Shown: positions 1-13,925, numbered from the stretch's first letter. The stretch is 64,000 nucleotides of DNA from Octopus sinensis (GCF_006345805.1 NC_043003.1:68634001-68698000), one strand, 5' to 3'. The notes: a model not told the origin generated them from the sequence alone. Program-made: numbers and translations.

Positions 1-307
1 CATGTATATTTAGATCTTGTAAGCTACCTGCTACTATAATCGATTTTCCAAATTTTACCATGTGAGTAATAGAATGAGGTAGGAAGTGTATGTAGCACAT
101 GGTAAATGCTTTAGAAAAAGAAAAAAATTGAATATCATTTCTAATTCATGATTCTTTTTGCAAGTTTATAAACCTGACGTCTGTAAAATATTATATATCA
201 GAATTCTGATTTAATGAAAAGACAAAGCAATTTTGAATTTTGCATCGTAGTATGCGTTATTAGGTATTAAGGATTTTCTTGTTCCGTGAAAATAGAAATA
301 GATTCAA

Positions 308-501
308 AAATGATAAGCGGTATTTCGACTGCCATTACGTTCTCAGTTCAAAATTCCGCCGAGGTCGACTTTGCCTTTCATTCTTTCGGAGTTGATTAAA
401 TAAGTACCACTTACGCACTGGGGTCGATATAATCGACTTAATTGGTTTGTCTGTCCTTGTTTGCCCTCTCTGTGTTTAGGCCCTTGTGGGTAGTAAAGAA
501 A
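308..501 (+). mobile_element. SINE family A (my label), 5'-truncated
   Basis: Shares the core gcggtatttcg..gttctgagttcaaattccgccgaggtcgactttgcctttcatcctttcggggtcgat..taagtacc with copies at 27869, 33130, 34469, 54541, 57365. Confidence 0.75.
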
Positions 502-610
502 TGGATAATTCGCCTGTCGCTTACTTTATGGTGTTGCTTTGCATTTATAATTAAAATAGATATATACAAATTAATAAAATAATAATAAGTATACAGTACA
601 GCACTGTTTA

Positions 611-680
611 TACTTCGCGGATTTTCATCTATCGTGGAGTTTTGGGACGTAACACCCACGATAGTCGAGGGAATATTGTA
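611..680. mobile_element. Possible single end of a pogo/Tigger-type MITE
   Basis: Ends ...gatagtcgagggaatattg + TA (reverse complement TA-CAATATTCCCTCG), resembling pogo/Tigger-like termini. No partner end found. Confidence 0.35.
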
Positions 681-2845
681 CACGGAACAAGTCGTTGCAC
701 GAAGAGAAATTCTCGTTTCAGACAATATAGATGTAATGGACCGTAAGACGCATCGTTTCTGTGCCGTTACACTATATCAGCTACGTATACCAAGTCGTTG
801 TTCATGGTTACGTTACTAGCAGCTGGTCCTTCTTACATCAGAACAGTAAATATTTCATTTGCGGATGTGCGAAAAGATTTGTGAACATGGAATCAATTAA
901 TTAATTAATTAACTGAGGAAGAAAAAATAAAATTTACACTGGCGGTAGAGATTCTAAGTTGTGAAATAACACAAGCCTTACATCTTTATACAGGAGTCAA
1001 ATACAAACAGGTGAAACAGCACATTGAATTGCTTAAATAGTATGCTTCATCAGAGCTAAGTCGAGCTGACTGGCAGTTAAGAGTTTGCCAATGTATCTCC
1101 AGTGAATGCAACTAGATATCCGAGACATGAGAGAAGTAACAGTACCAGGTCACAAAAGAGCTGAAAAATCCCTTAAAGTCATATTGAAAGGATGTAAACA
1201 GATGCAGTGTAACATCCAGAAACACATATGACACACAGCACGTAAAAGCTAGATCTTAAGAATGGCATAGCTAGGGAACATCTCCTAAGCAGGACAAAGA
1301 CTTTAAAACACTGCTGAATATCATATCAATATATCCGTTAATTGATGTTGCATGTGCTGTAAAAAAGTAAATATGTGGAGATGATTGCTGATATTGCATG
1401 TTTGCTGATATAGCATGCCTCAATGTGGATTCCAATGGGCTAGGATATCTTGTAAAACTCACTTATGGTAATAGAAATTTACAATCCCTATCTCAAACAG
1501 TTTTGCCACATGTGACCAGAAGGAGGTAGACCACCCACCATTAGCGTGGCTGTAAACGAGACTAACGCAGAGTGCTGGGTAGGATGAACTAAGCATATCC
1601 GAACTCCAAACGCCGCGCTAAACAAGACGGATTTTGGCACATGCTATCACAGAATAGTACTAAAGAGACAAATATTTAAATTCGATAATAAACTATATAC
1701 TCAAAACTGTGCAACCATTGAAACTGATATTTCTGATGGTGCGATAAAATAGTCTCGAAAATAATTACATATATCAGCTCCAAACATCTAGACTAATGTT
1801 CCTATTGCAGAGTAGTATTTTTTTTTTACTGCAGTAAAATCCATCTTGTTTACTTTACATATTTATTTCAAATTCTTCAATGAGTACAACCTCATGAAAC
1901 AGTTCAACAAAACAGTGAAATTTGCCAATGGAAAAATGTGTGAAATATCTTCGAAGCAAACTTAACCCACCCCACATCTGCGAATACACACGCACACACG
2001 GATTCCCAAAGCGTCACGACAACATAATAGTACTACCACGTATGGAATTGTTTAATATTTTCATATCTCCAAAAGTAATATTTATATATTTCGGTGATGT
2101 ACTTGTCTGGCAAGTAATTTGATCTGAGATTATGTGTTGAAACTAAAAGAATCACAACTAGGAAGACACACATTACCTACTTAAAAAACACAAATTGTCA
2201 ACTTCACTTAAACATTTATCATTTGGTGTCAAAATTTTGGTGCACCAACTGCGACCTTGTCGCTGACACGATATCATTGCATTCAGGGCCGAAATTTTCT
2301 ACTCCAAATAAATGTTTAAACGAAATAAAGAATCTTTGTGCGATTTCTACTGCCTAATCTTTGTCTCCCACGCAGTAAAATGCCTATAAATGCGTCGCCT
2401 TAAATGAAAAAAACTTGTATGAAACATTTCACCTAACACAAATCAAAAATTATTTAATCCGCTTTATCTTTTTACATTGAATGAAATAACCAGTGTATTT
2501 TCTATAAAAACTACTGTACATTTATTGCTCTCAGCAATTGTTTTGCATCATAATTTCCTGTAGGACAAAAATGTGATACTACTTGTTACTATACATCATT
2601 TTCTGCGAAGTGTAATTGCATCCAAGAATGTCAAACACTTTGAGGTGAATAACAAAATAATATAATGTCTTCATAAAAGTATCTTTTGTTATTTCAATAT
2701 AAGTTAAGGCACTTATATGTACGTTTTAGTTCGATAAGAACTTCAAGTTTAAAACAGCTCTCAGAAGAAATTTAACGTCCTTAATTTTTTTTCATTTGTA
2801 TTTATGTGTCTGTATATCTGAGAGAGTCTGTATTTGTGCGAGGAC

Positions 2846-2901
2846 GTGTGTGTGTGTGTGTGTATGTATGTGTGTGTGTGTGCGTGTGTGTGTCTGTGTG
2901 T

Positions 2902-2955
<54 letters not shown>
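2846..2955. repeat. (GT)n microsatellite
   Basis: Direct reading of the sequence. Confidence 0.95.
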
Positions 2956-3433
2956 ATTTCATTTAAGAAATTTAAGTATGAAAAAATTCTGTTTTGCTAG
3001 AGAGACTGTCAAATACTGAGATTACTTCAGAAAATAAAATCTTCAAAATTTCAAGTGTAGAAAAATAGATTATTTTGATAAATGTAATTTCAATTGTAAA
3101 ACAAAATAATTGATGATGGATTGTATGACTTGAAAAATAGTTCATATACAGTGTATAGTTTGAACACAACAATTGGGATATGTGTGATGTTATTCAAATG
3201 TACGATATTAATAATGTTCTCTCAAAACCATTATCTATCATTCGGAGCTGAAGACATTATATCTTTAGAGTCATAATCAGTGTTTCAGGAGTATTTCCTC
3301 ATCATGGGTTAAATGCGTTGATTACTCACACATTACTCAATAAGCCTGCATGAACAGTGGGTTTACTTTCAGTTACTACTACTACTACTACTACAACTAC
3401 CACCACCACCACCACCACCACTACTACTACATA

Positions 3434-3484
<51 letters not shown>

Positions 3485-3770
3485 ATATACATGTATTTGC
3501 GTGCATATATTTACATACATATGTGTGCGTTTGTGGTGTGAAGTATTTCCTTGGTGTACAGATATCTATACATGAGGGCTACAGGTGAATTTAGAGTCTC
3601 ACATGAATTATCTTTATCGCGTCTACATTCAATAAAGTAGATTGAGAGGAATATTTTGAACTTATGGAAGACACACGAAGTGTCGAAATATTGTTCATTT
3701 GATAACAGTTGCATTCTTCTTATTGTTCCTTTACCTTCGGGAGAATTAACATCAATCCTTAAATATTACC

Positions 3771-3812
<42 letters not shown>

Positions 3813-3879
3813 CACAGCATCAATGATGAAAATGATGATGATGATGATGCTGACGATGATACAGAAACAATTTAATGTT

Positions 3880-4090
3880 ATTGGAAAATATAAAACTCTT
3901 TCCTGACTCACAGAGAACAAATAAAGCACCAGAATCCTCCTAATAATCCTTGCTATCCCTAAGAGGCAAACTTCCTGTAGGAGCTCTACCGGGCATTTTA
4001 TTTCAATCTCATTCAGCCATTTGTCTATACCTTGGCTTACTGTTTCCAACGCACCGATTACACTAGACACGACCTTTACTGTTTTCATGC
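3880..4090 (-). mobile_element. R4/Dong-type RLE non-LTR retrotransposon, C-terminal fragment
   Basis: Minus ORF VVSSVIGALETVSQGIDKWLNEIEIKCPVELLQEVCLLGIARIIRRIL matches the R4-clade C-terminus (vGaLG..QK..LLGTA.ILR) also seen at 4141, 10495, 48361, 54790. Confidence 0.75.
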
Positions 4091-4140
4091 TCCAAATCCT
4101 TCCTAGTTTAAAGGATTGTATTTTCTATATTATTGCTATT

Positions 4141-4153
4141 GTTTTGTTGTTGA

Positions 4154-4185
<32 letters not shown>

Positions 4186-4975
4186 GGAAAAACTCTCGGA
4201 TAGTTCTTAATTTCCGGTTGTTCTTTACTTGAAAGCAGACAATAACGAATCACCGAAGGCTTCAAATATTGCCTTCTCCTCTGACTCAAAGAAACAATAT
4301 TCTCTTTAGAATACGAGCTGTACCCAACACCGCTGTCTTCTGAATCTCTTGGAGACTGAGAGCAACTCCAATATTTTTAATATGTTTTTCAAAGTTCTTG
4401 GAAACTGTTCCCAATGCTCTAATTACCACCAGTATCACCATTACTTACCTCATGCCCCATAACTTTCCTATCTCGCCCCGCAGTGGCTGGTATTTTTGAC
4501 TCTTTTCTGATTCCATACATTTCACCCTCGACTCGCCTGGTATTGCAACATCTATTATCTTTGCTTCTTTATCCTCTTTACGGACGAACACCACATCCGG
4601 CCGTCTCGTTTCTATGACTTGGTCGCACTGTATGTTAAAATACCAGGGTATTTTGTAATGTTCGTTTTCCATTACTCCTTCTGGCTTCTGTTCATACCAT
4701 TGTCCGGCTCTCTCAAGTTTTGCTTAACCGCCCAACATATAATGAACTTATCTGGCCACATTGTCGTGTCTTCTTTTGTATACGCGTTGTGAGAGCTTAC
4801 AGCACTCACTGACAATATGGCTTATACTTTCTCCCTTCTCAGAGCACATACTACATTGCGGCGAGTCAGTGCTTTTATCAATGTGATATCTGGAGTAGTT
4901 TGTTTAAGAGCTGGTCCTTGAGCTCTGCATACTAATGCCTCATGTTTACTTTCACCCTGCCTAGCATGCACCTCA
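4141..4975 (-). mobile_element. R4/Dong-type 3' fragment with restriction-like endonuclease and (CAA)n tail
   Basis: Minus translation FNIQCDQVIETRRPDVVFVRKEDKEAKIIDVAIP (PD-D RLE motif), then QKTAVLGTARILKRIL; (CAA)n tail at about 4141-4185. Confidence 0.85.
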
Positions 4976-5159
4976 TACACGACTTTCTCAACGCTCGTTA
5001 GTCACAATATGCAGGCAACAAATAGCAGAGGCGACAGACTGTCTTCTTGAAAGATTACTCTTTTGATATTTACCTCTCCTAGTCCATCTCCCCATGCTGT
5101 GAGTTCAGTTCGCCATGTTGCCACTGAGTTTTGTAGGTACGTATGTATGTTCTCAATAG

Positions 5160-5473
5160 AGCATCTGCTTAGGAATCCTACTATCCTTCATTCAAATGAG
5201 GTGTCCAGTTCAACGTAACCGGTGCTTGTGCACCATCGCCTCAATACTCAAGATATCAGCTGTCCTCAGGACCTGTGTGTCTAGAATTTTTGAGGTCCAG
5301 CCAACATTGAGAATGTATCTGAGACATTTCTGATGAAAGCGTTCAAGGACACTTACCTGACGTTTGTACCGAGTCCCTGTCTCACATGAGTAGAGAAGCG
5401 ATGTCAGTACAGATGCAACTTTTGTTCTCTTTGCGATGCATGAAGAACTTAAGCGAGCTGGGCGAAAGCGCAC
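5160..5473 (-). mobile_element. RTE LINE fragment (post-RT region), inverted relative to the adjacent 3' end
   Basis: VLTSLLYSCETGTRYKRQVSVLERFHQKCLRYILNVGW...ILSIEAMVHKHRLRWTGH is RTE/BovB-like and homologous to 41815-42048. Confidence 0.85.
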
Positions 5474-5479
5474 GGCTCA

Positions 5480-5720
5480 CATAGTGAATGGTGAAAGCTT
5501 GGGCTGCAATATATGCAGTCGCGTATGCTTGTCAAGAGCAGGGCTCATTAGCCACCAACGGAGCCGCAAATGCAAAATATAAGTTAGTCCTAGAGCGCAC
5601 AATGTTCCTGAAGGTCGGCAATGGTCTTCTTCGGTCACAAGTGGACGTCCATCATGTATGTATGTATGTATGTATGTATGTATGTATGTATGTATGTATG
5701 TATGTATGTATGTATGTATG
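5480..5720 (+). mobile_element. RTE LINE 3' end with (TATG)n tail
   Basis: ttagccaccaacggagccgca...aatgttcctgaaggtc...catcat + (TATG)n matches the 3' end of the long RTE copy at 41475-41650 (minus). Confidence 0.78.
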
Positions 5721-6739
5721 TATGTATGTATGTATGTATGTCATTATTCAGTTGTGGTTTATATCGCACGCTGTGACAGATAGAGAGAGATTGAGAATTA
5801 GAAAATGATCAGGAATTTTCAATGGTTTTCTTGCTATCCGAGTTAATTATCAGAATGATTATTATTGCTTATTGCGTTATACGAAGTGTTATGGAAGTAC
5901 AAATACATCACACAGTTTGCAACCGAATAAGACAACATTCGTTTTACTCAATAATCAATGCAACATGGGAGGTTGAAATATTAGACGGACATTTTGTAAT
6001 TGAAGAGAATATTGTCTCTGATGGTCGCTTGACTGTTCTTACCCTTTTGACTTATCGCACGATGATCGATCAATTTTCTAAGATATGTTCCAAACGGTAA
6101 ACTACTCGAAACATAATGAATAATTTGAATAACAACAAATGATAAGGGGCTTATGAGTTAAGACTAGATTCCTATGTTTTCTTTAAACTTGCATTGCAAT
6201 TCATAATAACGTTAATACACACAAGTTAGAACAGACGACAAATTATAAATCCGTTGTACGTATGTATGCTTTCATTATTTTTTTGTCATCATCATTTCTG
6301 TTTGATAAACAAATTTATGGCTGCTAATATTCTTATCAGAGTGTTACGAATCAAGCTTTTTCTTTTTAATTTATATTTTTGTCTAGAACTAATGTTGCAA
6401 TGAAATTTTCTGTATATTGTGTTTTTTCGTCTAATGGAATGATGTTGTTGTCTAGTCTGGTATAATATTACCCCAATTATCAGACTTCCTATTTATCATT
6501 TTAAACAAAACTGCCTGAATTTACAAATGATTTATTGAGATGTGAGATACTGGTATTAGTAAATATAATCTTGTTTTTGATACATTTCTAAACAGGATAA
6601 ATATATCATCAACAGAACTACACCCAAACACAGCTGTATTTCTATGACAAGACATGAAAGCGGGCTTAAAATCTGACACTCAAACATGAGAAAAGTTTTG
6701 TCATATATGTTCAAAAGATGGAGAGAAAATAGATAAATA

Positions 6740-6801
6740 ATTGTGTATGTATATGTATATATATATATATGTGTGTATGTATGCATATGTCTGTATATAT
6801 T

Positions 6802-6832
<31 letters not shown>

Positions 6833-6863
6833 ATGTGTGTGTTTGTGTGTATGTATATGTATG

Positions 6864-6917
<54 letters not shown>

Positions 6918-6920
6918 TTG

Positions 6921-6966
<46 letters not shown>

Positions 6967-7018
6967 ATTATATACATATACAATCATATATATATATATA
7001 TAAATTATATATACATAC

Positions 7019-7052
<34 letters not shown>
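6740..7052. repeat. Compound (TA)n/(TG)n microsatellite
   Basis: Direct reading; explains the IYIY-type ORFs. Confidence 0.95.
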
Positions 7053-7054
<2 letters not shown>

Positions 7055-7097
7055 GATTAATGAGAGACATGGAAGATGGATGATACGGGAGTGGATA

Positions 7098-7501
7098 TTA
7101 ATCACTAAAATTATTTCGACCCATCTAGTATCGATCCCTCACGGGTAGAATACTTAACAACTAGTTTAGAAGGGCGTTTATACAGTCATACATAATACTT
7201 ATTTAGAAGGGCGTTTATTCAGCCATATTTAATAATTATTCGTTGTGTTGTGTATTCGTTTCTTTTTCATCTGTTATTTACTATTGATCTTGTATAAAAC
7301 TGAAGCTGTATCCTTTAATTTGCTGCTTTTCTATACACAGCCAAGAAGGTATCTCGCGAAACAGTCGTTGTTTTAATGAGACACTTCTTGTAATTCCCTG
7401 AAGCGACACATCTACTCAGACAGATATTCCTGAACCACTTGCTAAGTATCTCACCAGTGAGGGTTCGATGCTAGGTGGGTCGAAACAATTCTAATGATTA
7501 A
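7098..7501. repeat. Old foldback element with about 63-bp inverted arms
   Basis: 7098-7160 is the imperfect reverse complement of 7439-7501; the interior has two copies of ttagaagggcgtttat. Confidence 0.7.
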
Positions 7502-8052
7502 AATAATCATTTTCGTATCTTCCTACTTCCGTTTCTTTCATTAATCAAATACCCAACGTAAACTTTGAAAGTGAACGTTCTTTACCGGTAAGCTATCATG
7601 TGTAAGCCATACGATTTGTGATATGTGTGTCTGTGTGTGTTTGTGTGTGTGTAAAAGGAGATAGATAAATAAATATATAAGGCGTATGTATGTTTATACA
7701 GATGGATAGATAGACAGATTGGCACACAGATAGATACAGACATATAGATACATACATACAAAGATACATAGATAACTTTCTTTATTGGCCACACAGGGCT
7801 GAATACAGAGGGGACAAATACAAATGCAGAGCTTTTCTTTTCGAAGATGGAAAAAGTAAAAAGGAACAAAAAAGGAAACAAATGTACAATTCCGATCAAA
7901 AGTGGTCGGAAAAAAAAGGAAAGCGAGCAAAAGGGATCGTGTATCACAGAAACATATAAGAAACAAGATTAGGTTCATCTGTGAGAAGAAAAGCCTACAG
8001 AAAAGACCACGGTAACCTCAGGCAGGGAGGAAATAAACACATGAGAGAAAAG

Positions 8053-8054
8053 TG

Positions 8055-8089
<35 letters not shown>

Positions 8090-9310
8090 TCTCTCTCTTA
8101 CGATTTACAGGTTCATGCTCAAAGTGGCTTCCTCACTCGCACGCACCATCTTTGCTACATTCACCTACCATTTTTTTGAAACTTTCGCGAACAAAACCTG
8201 CCTCTCCATTCTCAACTTCCTTTTCAAGTGGTACTTGAAAAAGTTGATGAGCGATTGTCCAGAGAGGTAATTGTTTGTCTCTAATCCTTTTGCTCCAGTC
8301 CGCCACACACATTCTTTTACCATGGCCACCAGTATGATGAAAACTGCCTTGCCTACCCGGTTGAGGGAAGGGGGCGGAGCAATTGCAACGACCGACTCAG
8401 CCAACAGGCGGACTCGTTCCACGCGTGACAGCAGCTGTTCGGCATAGGCCTACAGGTCTGAAATGGTTGGACACTGCACGGGTGGGTGCAGAACGGTTTC
8501 TTTGCTCTGATCGCATCACGGGCATGTCGGTCCAGTGTGTCTCGAACCGTGCCTGTAGAGCTTATGCCGAACAGGTTATGCTTCTCGATAGCACTGCTAG
8601 ACCAGGGATCTTTGGTGATTGTCCATAGGTCCCGGCCCGAAAGTTGTCCTGAACAGGCGGGTCAGGTATTCCTCGTCGACGCCCAGATTCTTTCCGAGAA
8701 CGTCGTCGCACCTCCCCTCCACTAATCCTCTATAGAACGCCTTTGTTGTAATGAAGTGGCACAAGTTTGGTTCTGGACAGCAGAGTCGCTTGAGAGCAAC
8801 GCGACACTCGCGGTGCCATTCGCCTATCCTCGGTCTCTGTTTGATCTACGACTGTAGTTCGGCCAAAGAGACGAGCTGCGGGAAAGCGCGTCGCACAAAA
8901 GGTGGTTACACCTGTTCACCGTCGTCTATGAAGCGCATGTCTGCACATCATCAACCACGGCATGCCTCGCCCACCATTTCACGGGTGTTGACAGCAAATG
9001 GATCTCCAAACCATCGGAACACTTCCCGTCCGCAGGAAGCGGGAGAGTATACGTTCCAGTTTGGTGATGTGGGGATCGGGACAAGGCACGACGGTCAGAC
9101 GGTACTCGATGATGGATGCGGTGTACGCGTCCGCCACCTCCGCCCGATATTTTAGGGATAGCTTTCTCTCAGCCCATCGCTGGGTGAGAGTGGCCACCCT
9201 AGTCATTATTTCGCCCCAGTTCTTCTCCATTAGGAGGTCCGGACGGAACCACACTCTGAGCAATTTAACCGGTCCGTCGGTCCAGTGTCCCACGATGGAC
9301 ACGTTCCCAA
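8053..9310 (-). mobile_element. L1/Tx1-clade LINE 3' fragment with (AG)n-type tail
   Basis: Minus translation RVWFRPDLLMEKNW...WAERKLSLKYRAEVADAYTASIIEYRLTVVPCP and zf-RVT-like PVRHKLYRHG..PTCP*CDQSKETVLHPPVQCP. Confidence 0.8.
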
Positions 9311-9499
9311 TGCACTGATAGCTACTGGGATAAATTTTACCCGCACTTTCCATAGTCTATGTAATTCAATAGCTAGGTCCTGGTACTTTGCAATTTTTTC
9401 TATACTTCACATATTGTTTTATCATTTGGGACTGGCACTTTCTATTCTCTTTACCTACTAATACTAAATCAGGCCCTCTAGCTTCTATTACGCTGTCAG

Positions 9500-10440
9500 T
9501 TTGAATGTTAAACTCCCTGTCTTTTTGTTCGCTTTTAAGCTCCTCATTCTCTTGTCAGTCTAATACAGATATGTGTTTCGACAGAATATCTAACTCCGCC
9601 TGTATTCTTCTTTGCCACCATGAATTCTTTTCTTTAGTCACTCGCATTATATTTCGTTTTCTTGACATCAATACCCACATTTTCTACTACAACAATACTT
9701 GCTGCCTTGATCTAATTATGTGTTTCTATGTTCTGATGTGTTTCAGAATTTCATTCACATTTGTGCAAATAATGTCGCTACCATTCCCCTGTAGCCTTAC
9801 CTTTATTCTCTCGTAGATTGCCTTTAGCCCATCTGTCATGTCACCGTTAGTTTTATTGTCTTCTACCAAACCATCTTCATGTCTCTCATCGAGAAATCTA
9901 TCAATGTTCCTTTCCTGTGATTTGTTAGAGATTTTGCCTTTGTTTTCTGCTAAGAGATTGCTTTTATCAGTAGGAACTGTATTTTCATCGTTTCTTCTGC
10001 TGCCGTTTTCCAATAACCATCTTTTGATAGCTTCTAGTTCTACTTCTCTGAACCAACGAGTTTTTCTGATTCCTCTAATTTGATCACATAATCACTGTTC
10101 CATGAGTTGAAACAATCCTCTTTTCATACATTGATCATACATACGTTGTCAGTATACCCTAAGATGAACACAATTTTTGTCTAAAGAGTTGCTCATGTAG
10201 TAACATTCCATGAACACAGCATTAATTTGTTTGTTCCATCTACGCCGTGTGTGCTGGTCCCTTGTTCGATAACGACAGGCTGGAGTCGGACCAGATTCTC
10301 TGAGCCTGCCGGGTGTAACACTGTCATCATCAAGGGCTTCAGTTTCATTACCACCGTTATTCACAATATCTTGTTTTTTTCATTGTCACTCGTATGAGGT
10401 AGCGATTATCAGGTCGCGCAGTTACCAGTGTTTTTATTGT
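9500..10440 (-). mobile_element. R4/Dong-type element, 5' part only (paralog of 13100-13925)
   Basis: Clear nucleotide similarity to 13100-13925 (e.g. gggcttcagtttcattaccaccg; tttttgttcgcttttaagctcc); shared peptide HTRRRW.KQINAV.MECYY.S. Confidence 0.72.
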
Positions 10441-10494
10441 AACACCATCACTAGATGTATAATCAATCAGAGCATAGGAAGTTACCAACCACTT

Positions 10495-13400
10495 CCTTTC
10501 ATTATTATTATTGTTGTTGTTGTTGTTGTTGTTGTTTTTGTTGTTGTTGTTGTTGTTGTCGTTGTTGTTGTTGTTATTGCCTTCGCACACCTTCTAACGC
10601 TGGAGATGTACTACGGTATCCGCTGTTCACTACCAGTGAAATAAGATAACACCTATTTTTCGAGCACCTTCCGAGAGTAGTCGAACGGCTCCAAGTAGTG
10701 CTGTTTTCTACAAGTGCTCTACCCTTATTGCAGCCTCTATTTGTTCCACGTACTTCTCGAGATTTTTGCTCACTTTTCCCAGGGCTCCGACAATTATTGC
10801 TACTACTGCTACCTTTTTCCTCGACCACAACTGCTTAACTTCCCAAGATAACCTGTCATATCTCTCAGTTATCCTTTCCTCCTTATCGCATACCTTGTCA
10901 GCTGGGCATGCTATATATATGATCCAGCATATTTTGTTTTCTTTCTCAATTAAGACTATGACCGGCTTCCTCTTCTCAATCTCATGGTCGCAGTGAATCT
11001 TAAAATCTCATAGAATCTTTGCATTTCTATTTTCGACGATCCCTTTAGATTTGTGGTCGTACCAATTTTTGGTTCCATACTTGTTGCAAAGTGTCCAATA
11101 GACAAGCCTGGCTATATTGTCGTGACGTCTCTTATACTATCTCTGGGCTACTGGTAATATTCCATATGGCTTCATCGTTTTGTCCACAGATTCTGCTCTT
11201 ATCACTTTCTGATCTGCTGTCTATTCAGTATTTTGGGCAGCACAGAATAGAGCATCCGTTTCCGGTTTTAAATCACTTTTAGTCAGCCGCAGAAATTTTT
11301 TCACTCTGTCTGGCTTATCTTCAACATCCCTATGAAATTGACCATACATTCTTTTCTTTACGCACCTATTTTCAGTTTCATTCGTTTGCAATTTCTTGTA
11401 TAGTGATTTATCTTTGCAATGTTTCATTCTACACACGCCTGACCTCCCTACTTCTAATAATAGCGGTTCTGTGGTATTTTTTTACATAAAATGCTATGTT
11501 GATTTCTTCTACTTTAATGCTGTGTTCAAATCCAATAAGTCCTCTTCCCCCTCTTTTTCTTGGTACATAGAGTCTGGCTGTATCACTTTTTGGGTAGAGT
11601 GACCCGTATCTAGTTAGCAACTTCCTTGTCTTTCTGTCTAAGGTGGTTAGTTCGTCTGCTGTCCATGCGATTTCCCCTGCTCCATATCTAAGGAGTGAAA
11701 CCGCACAGGTGTTGATAGCTTCGATCGTATTCCCTCCGTTTAATTTCGACTTAAGGCTCAGTCAGAGTCTACGCAAGTACTCCACCTTAAATTTTTCCGT
11801 CATTTCTTTCTCCATCAACTTATCCATTTCCAAAATCCTCAAGTACTTATAGCCTGTCTATACATTTGATTTTGCTTCTCTTCAAGACTAACACATCACA
11901 CTTTCTCAGTCTGAACTCCATTCTGATATCAGCACTGAAGGTGTACACCGTATCAAAGAGGGAACTGACTTCGGCTTCATCTTTACCATAAAGTTTGAGG
12001 TCACCCATGAATAACAAATGGTTGACTTTTTGTTGGCGGATTTTGAATACATACCCAGTATTTGCTTTCCTGAGAATCAGTGTCAGTGGCATCAAGCACA
12101 GTACAAATATGTGTGAGGTCAGGCAGTTTCCTTGGAAGATGTCTCTCTTAATTTCTACTCTCTCTAAACTTCCGTATGTTGTCAGGTCCATCCTCCAATA
12201 CACCATACTTTTTCCAAGCAATCGCTCAACATTCAATGCAAACAGAAACAGGTTCATACACTCCATAATCCAAGAATGTGGGATCATATCGTACGCCTTA
12301 CGATAATCGATCCATGACATGGCTGAGTTACTTTTCCTCCTCTTGCAGTCTCTGAGTACGGTTTTATCTATCAGGAGGTGGTTCTTGGTACCTCTGCACT
12401 TACGTTTGCAGCCCTTCGGCTCATGTGGCAGGATCCCAATTTTTTCTCGATGTTCGTACATTGACTCTCCGAGTATTCCAGTCAATAACTTCCACATAAT
12501 TGGCAAACAGGATATCTGCCTGTATTTGTCTACCGTATTGCCTTTTTCGGTGTTTTTCAAACAGCATTGTTCTACTCAATGTCAACCATTCCGGTGTTGC
12601 TTGGTCGGTATTTAACTAGGTGTTGACTTGCGCAGCTATTCGTGCATGACATTTACCAAATCTTTTGGTCCAGTAGCCTTGACCTCCATCTGGTCCCGGA
12701 GCATTCCAGCTGCTCATTTTTTTTTTTTTTTTGCTGATTTCCTTTACTTCCCTAACTCAAATGACTAGTTCTGCCTGTTTTGTACAGACTATTGTTTGTT
12801 TCAGTTCTTGCAACCATTCAGCATCCTTCTTGTGCTCCTTGTCATTGCTCCAGATGTCACTCTAAAACCTTTGACTTTCAATGATATCTCGCATCAACTT
12901 TTCATCTGTAAATCCTCCATTTATTCCTTTATAGAATCTCTTCTGATCTACCCTGAATAACCTATTCTGGTGGTAACCCTTCATTCTTTGGTCGTATCTT
13001 ACCATCTTTCCTTTCTTTGCAACGAGGCACTGTTTCAATTCCTCCGCTACTAATTTCACGCCCTTTCTTTCACTATCATACTTCCTTTTTAGCGCCCCCT
13101 GTATTTTTGTTCGCTTTTAAGCTCCAGTTCCTTTTTTCGGTCTAACATAGAGATTTCTTTCGAGAACAAGTCTAACCCTGCCTGGATTCTTTTTTCCATC
13201 ATGGATCTTTCCTTTTGTATTTTTCTTTTCTTTTTCTTGACATCGGCACCCACATTTCTACAACAATACTTGCTGCCTTATTTGTTTCTGTGATGTTGTT
13301 TGTTTTGATGTATTTCAGAATTTCATGGACACTTTTCGTATCTTGGTTCAGTTTCCATCGAACAACCTTGTTAAGCTTTCAAATAATGTCGCTATCGTTC

Positions 13401-13925
13401 TCCTGTAGTCTTACATTTATTCTGTCGTAGATTGCCTTTTGTTCATCTCTCATGTCGCTATTAGTTTTATCGTCTTCTATTAGATCATCAAGTAAGCTAC
13501 CACTGCTCCTTTCTTGTGCTATGAGGTTACTCTTATTAGTAAGAACTGTATTTTCATTCTTATCTATGCTGCTATAGTCCATGACCCGTCATTTGATACG
13601 TTCGAGGTCTACTTCAGTGAACAAGCAATTTTTCCTTATTGCCGTAGCTTCATCACATAGGTTCTGTTCTGAGAGTTGAAACATACCCTTTTCTCTCCAA
13701 TGATCATACATACGTTGTCGGTAACCCCTAATTTGACCACCATCTTCATCTACCGGGATGCTCAAGTAGTAACACTCCATGACCACAGCATTAATTTGCT
13801 TGCTCCATCTAAGTCGTGTGTGGTGGTCCCTTTCTGAATATCGACAGGATGGAGCCGGAGCAGAATCACTGAGCCTACCGGGTGTAACACTGTCACCATC
13901 ATGGGCTTCAGTTTCATTACCACCG
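10495..13925 (-). mobile_element. Near full-length decayed R4/Dong-type RLE retrotransposon
   Basis: RT motifs [43 protein letters not shown]; YKRRHDNIARLVYW; RLE IHCDHEIEKRKPVIVLIEKENK; C-terminal KTALLGAVRLL; (CAA)n(TAA)n tail at 10495-10575. Many stops and frameshifts. Confidence 0.9.

Noticed and set aside
1020-1620. Possible decayed LINE fragment
   Set aside because: No diagnostic motif could be read in any frame.
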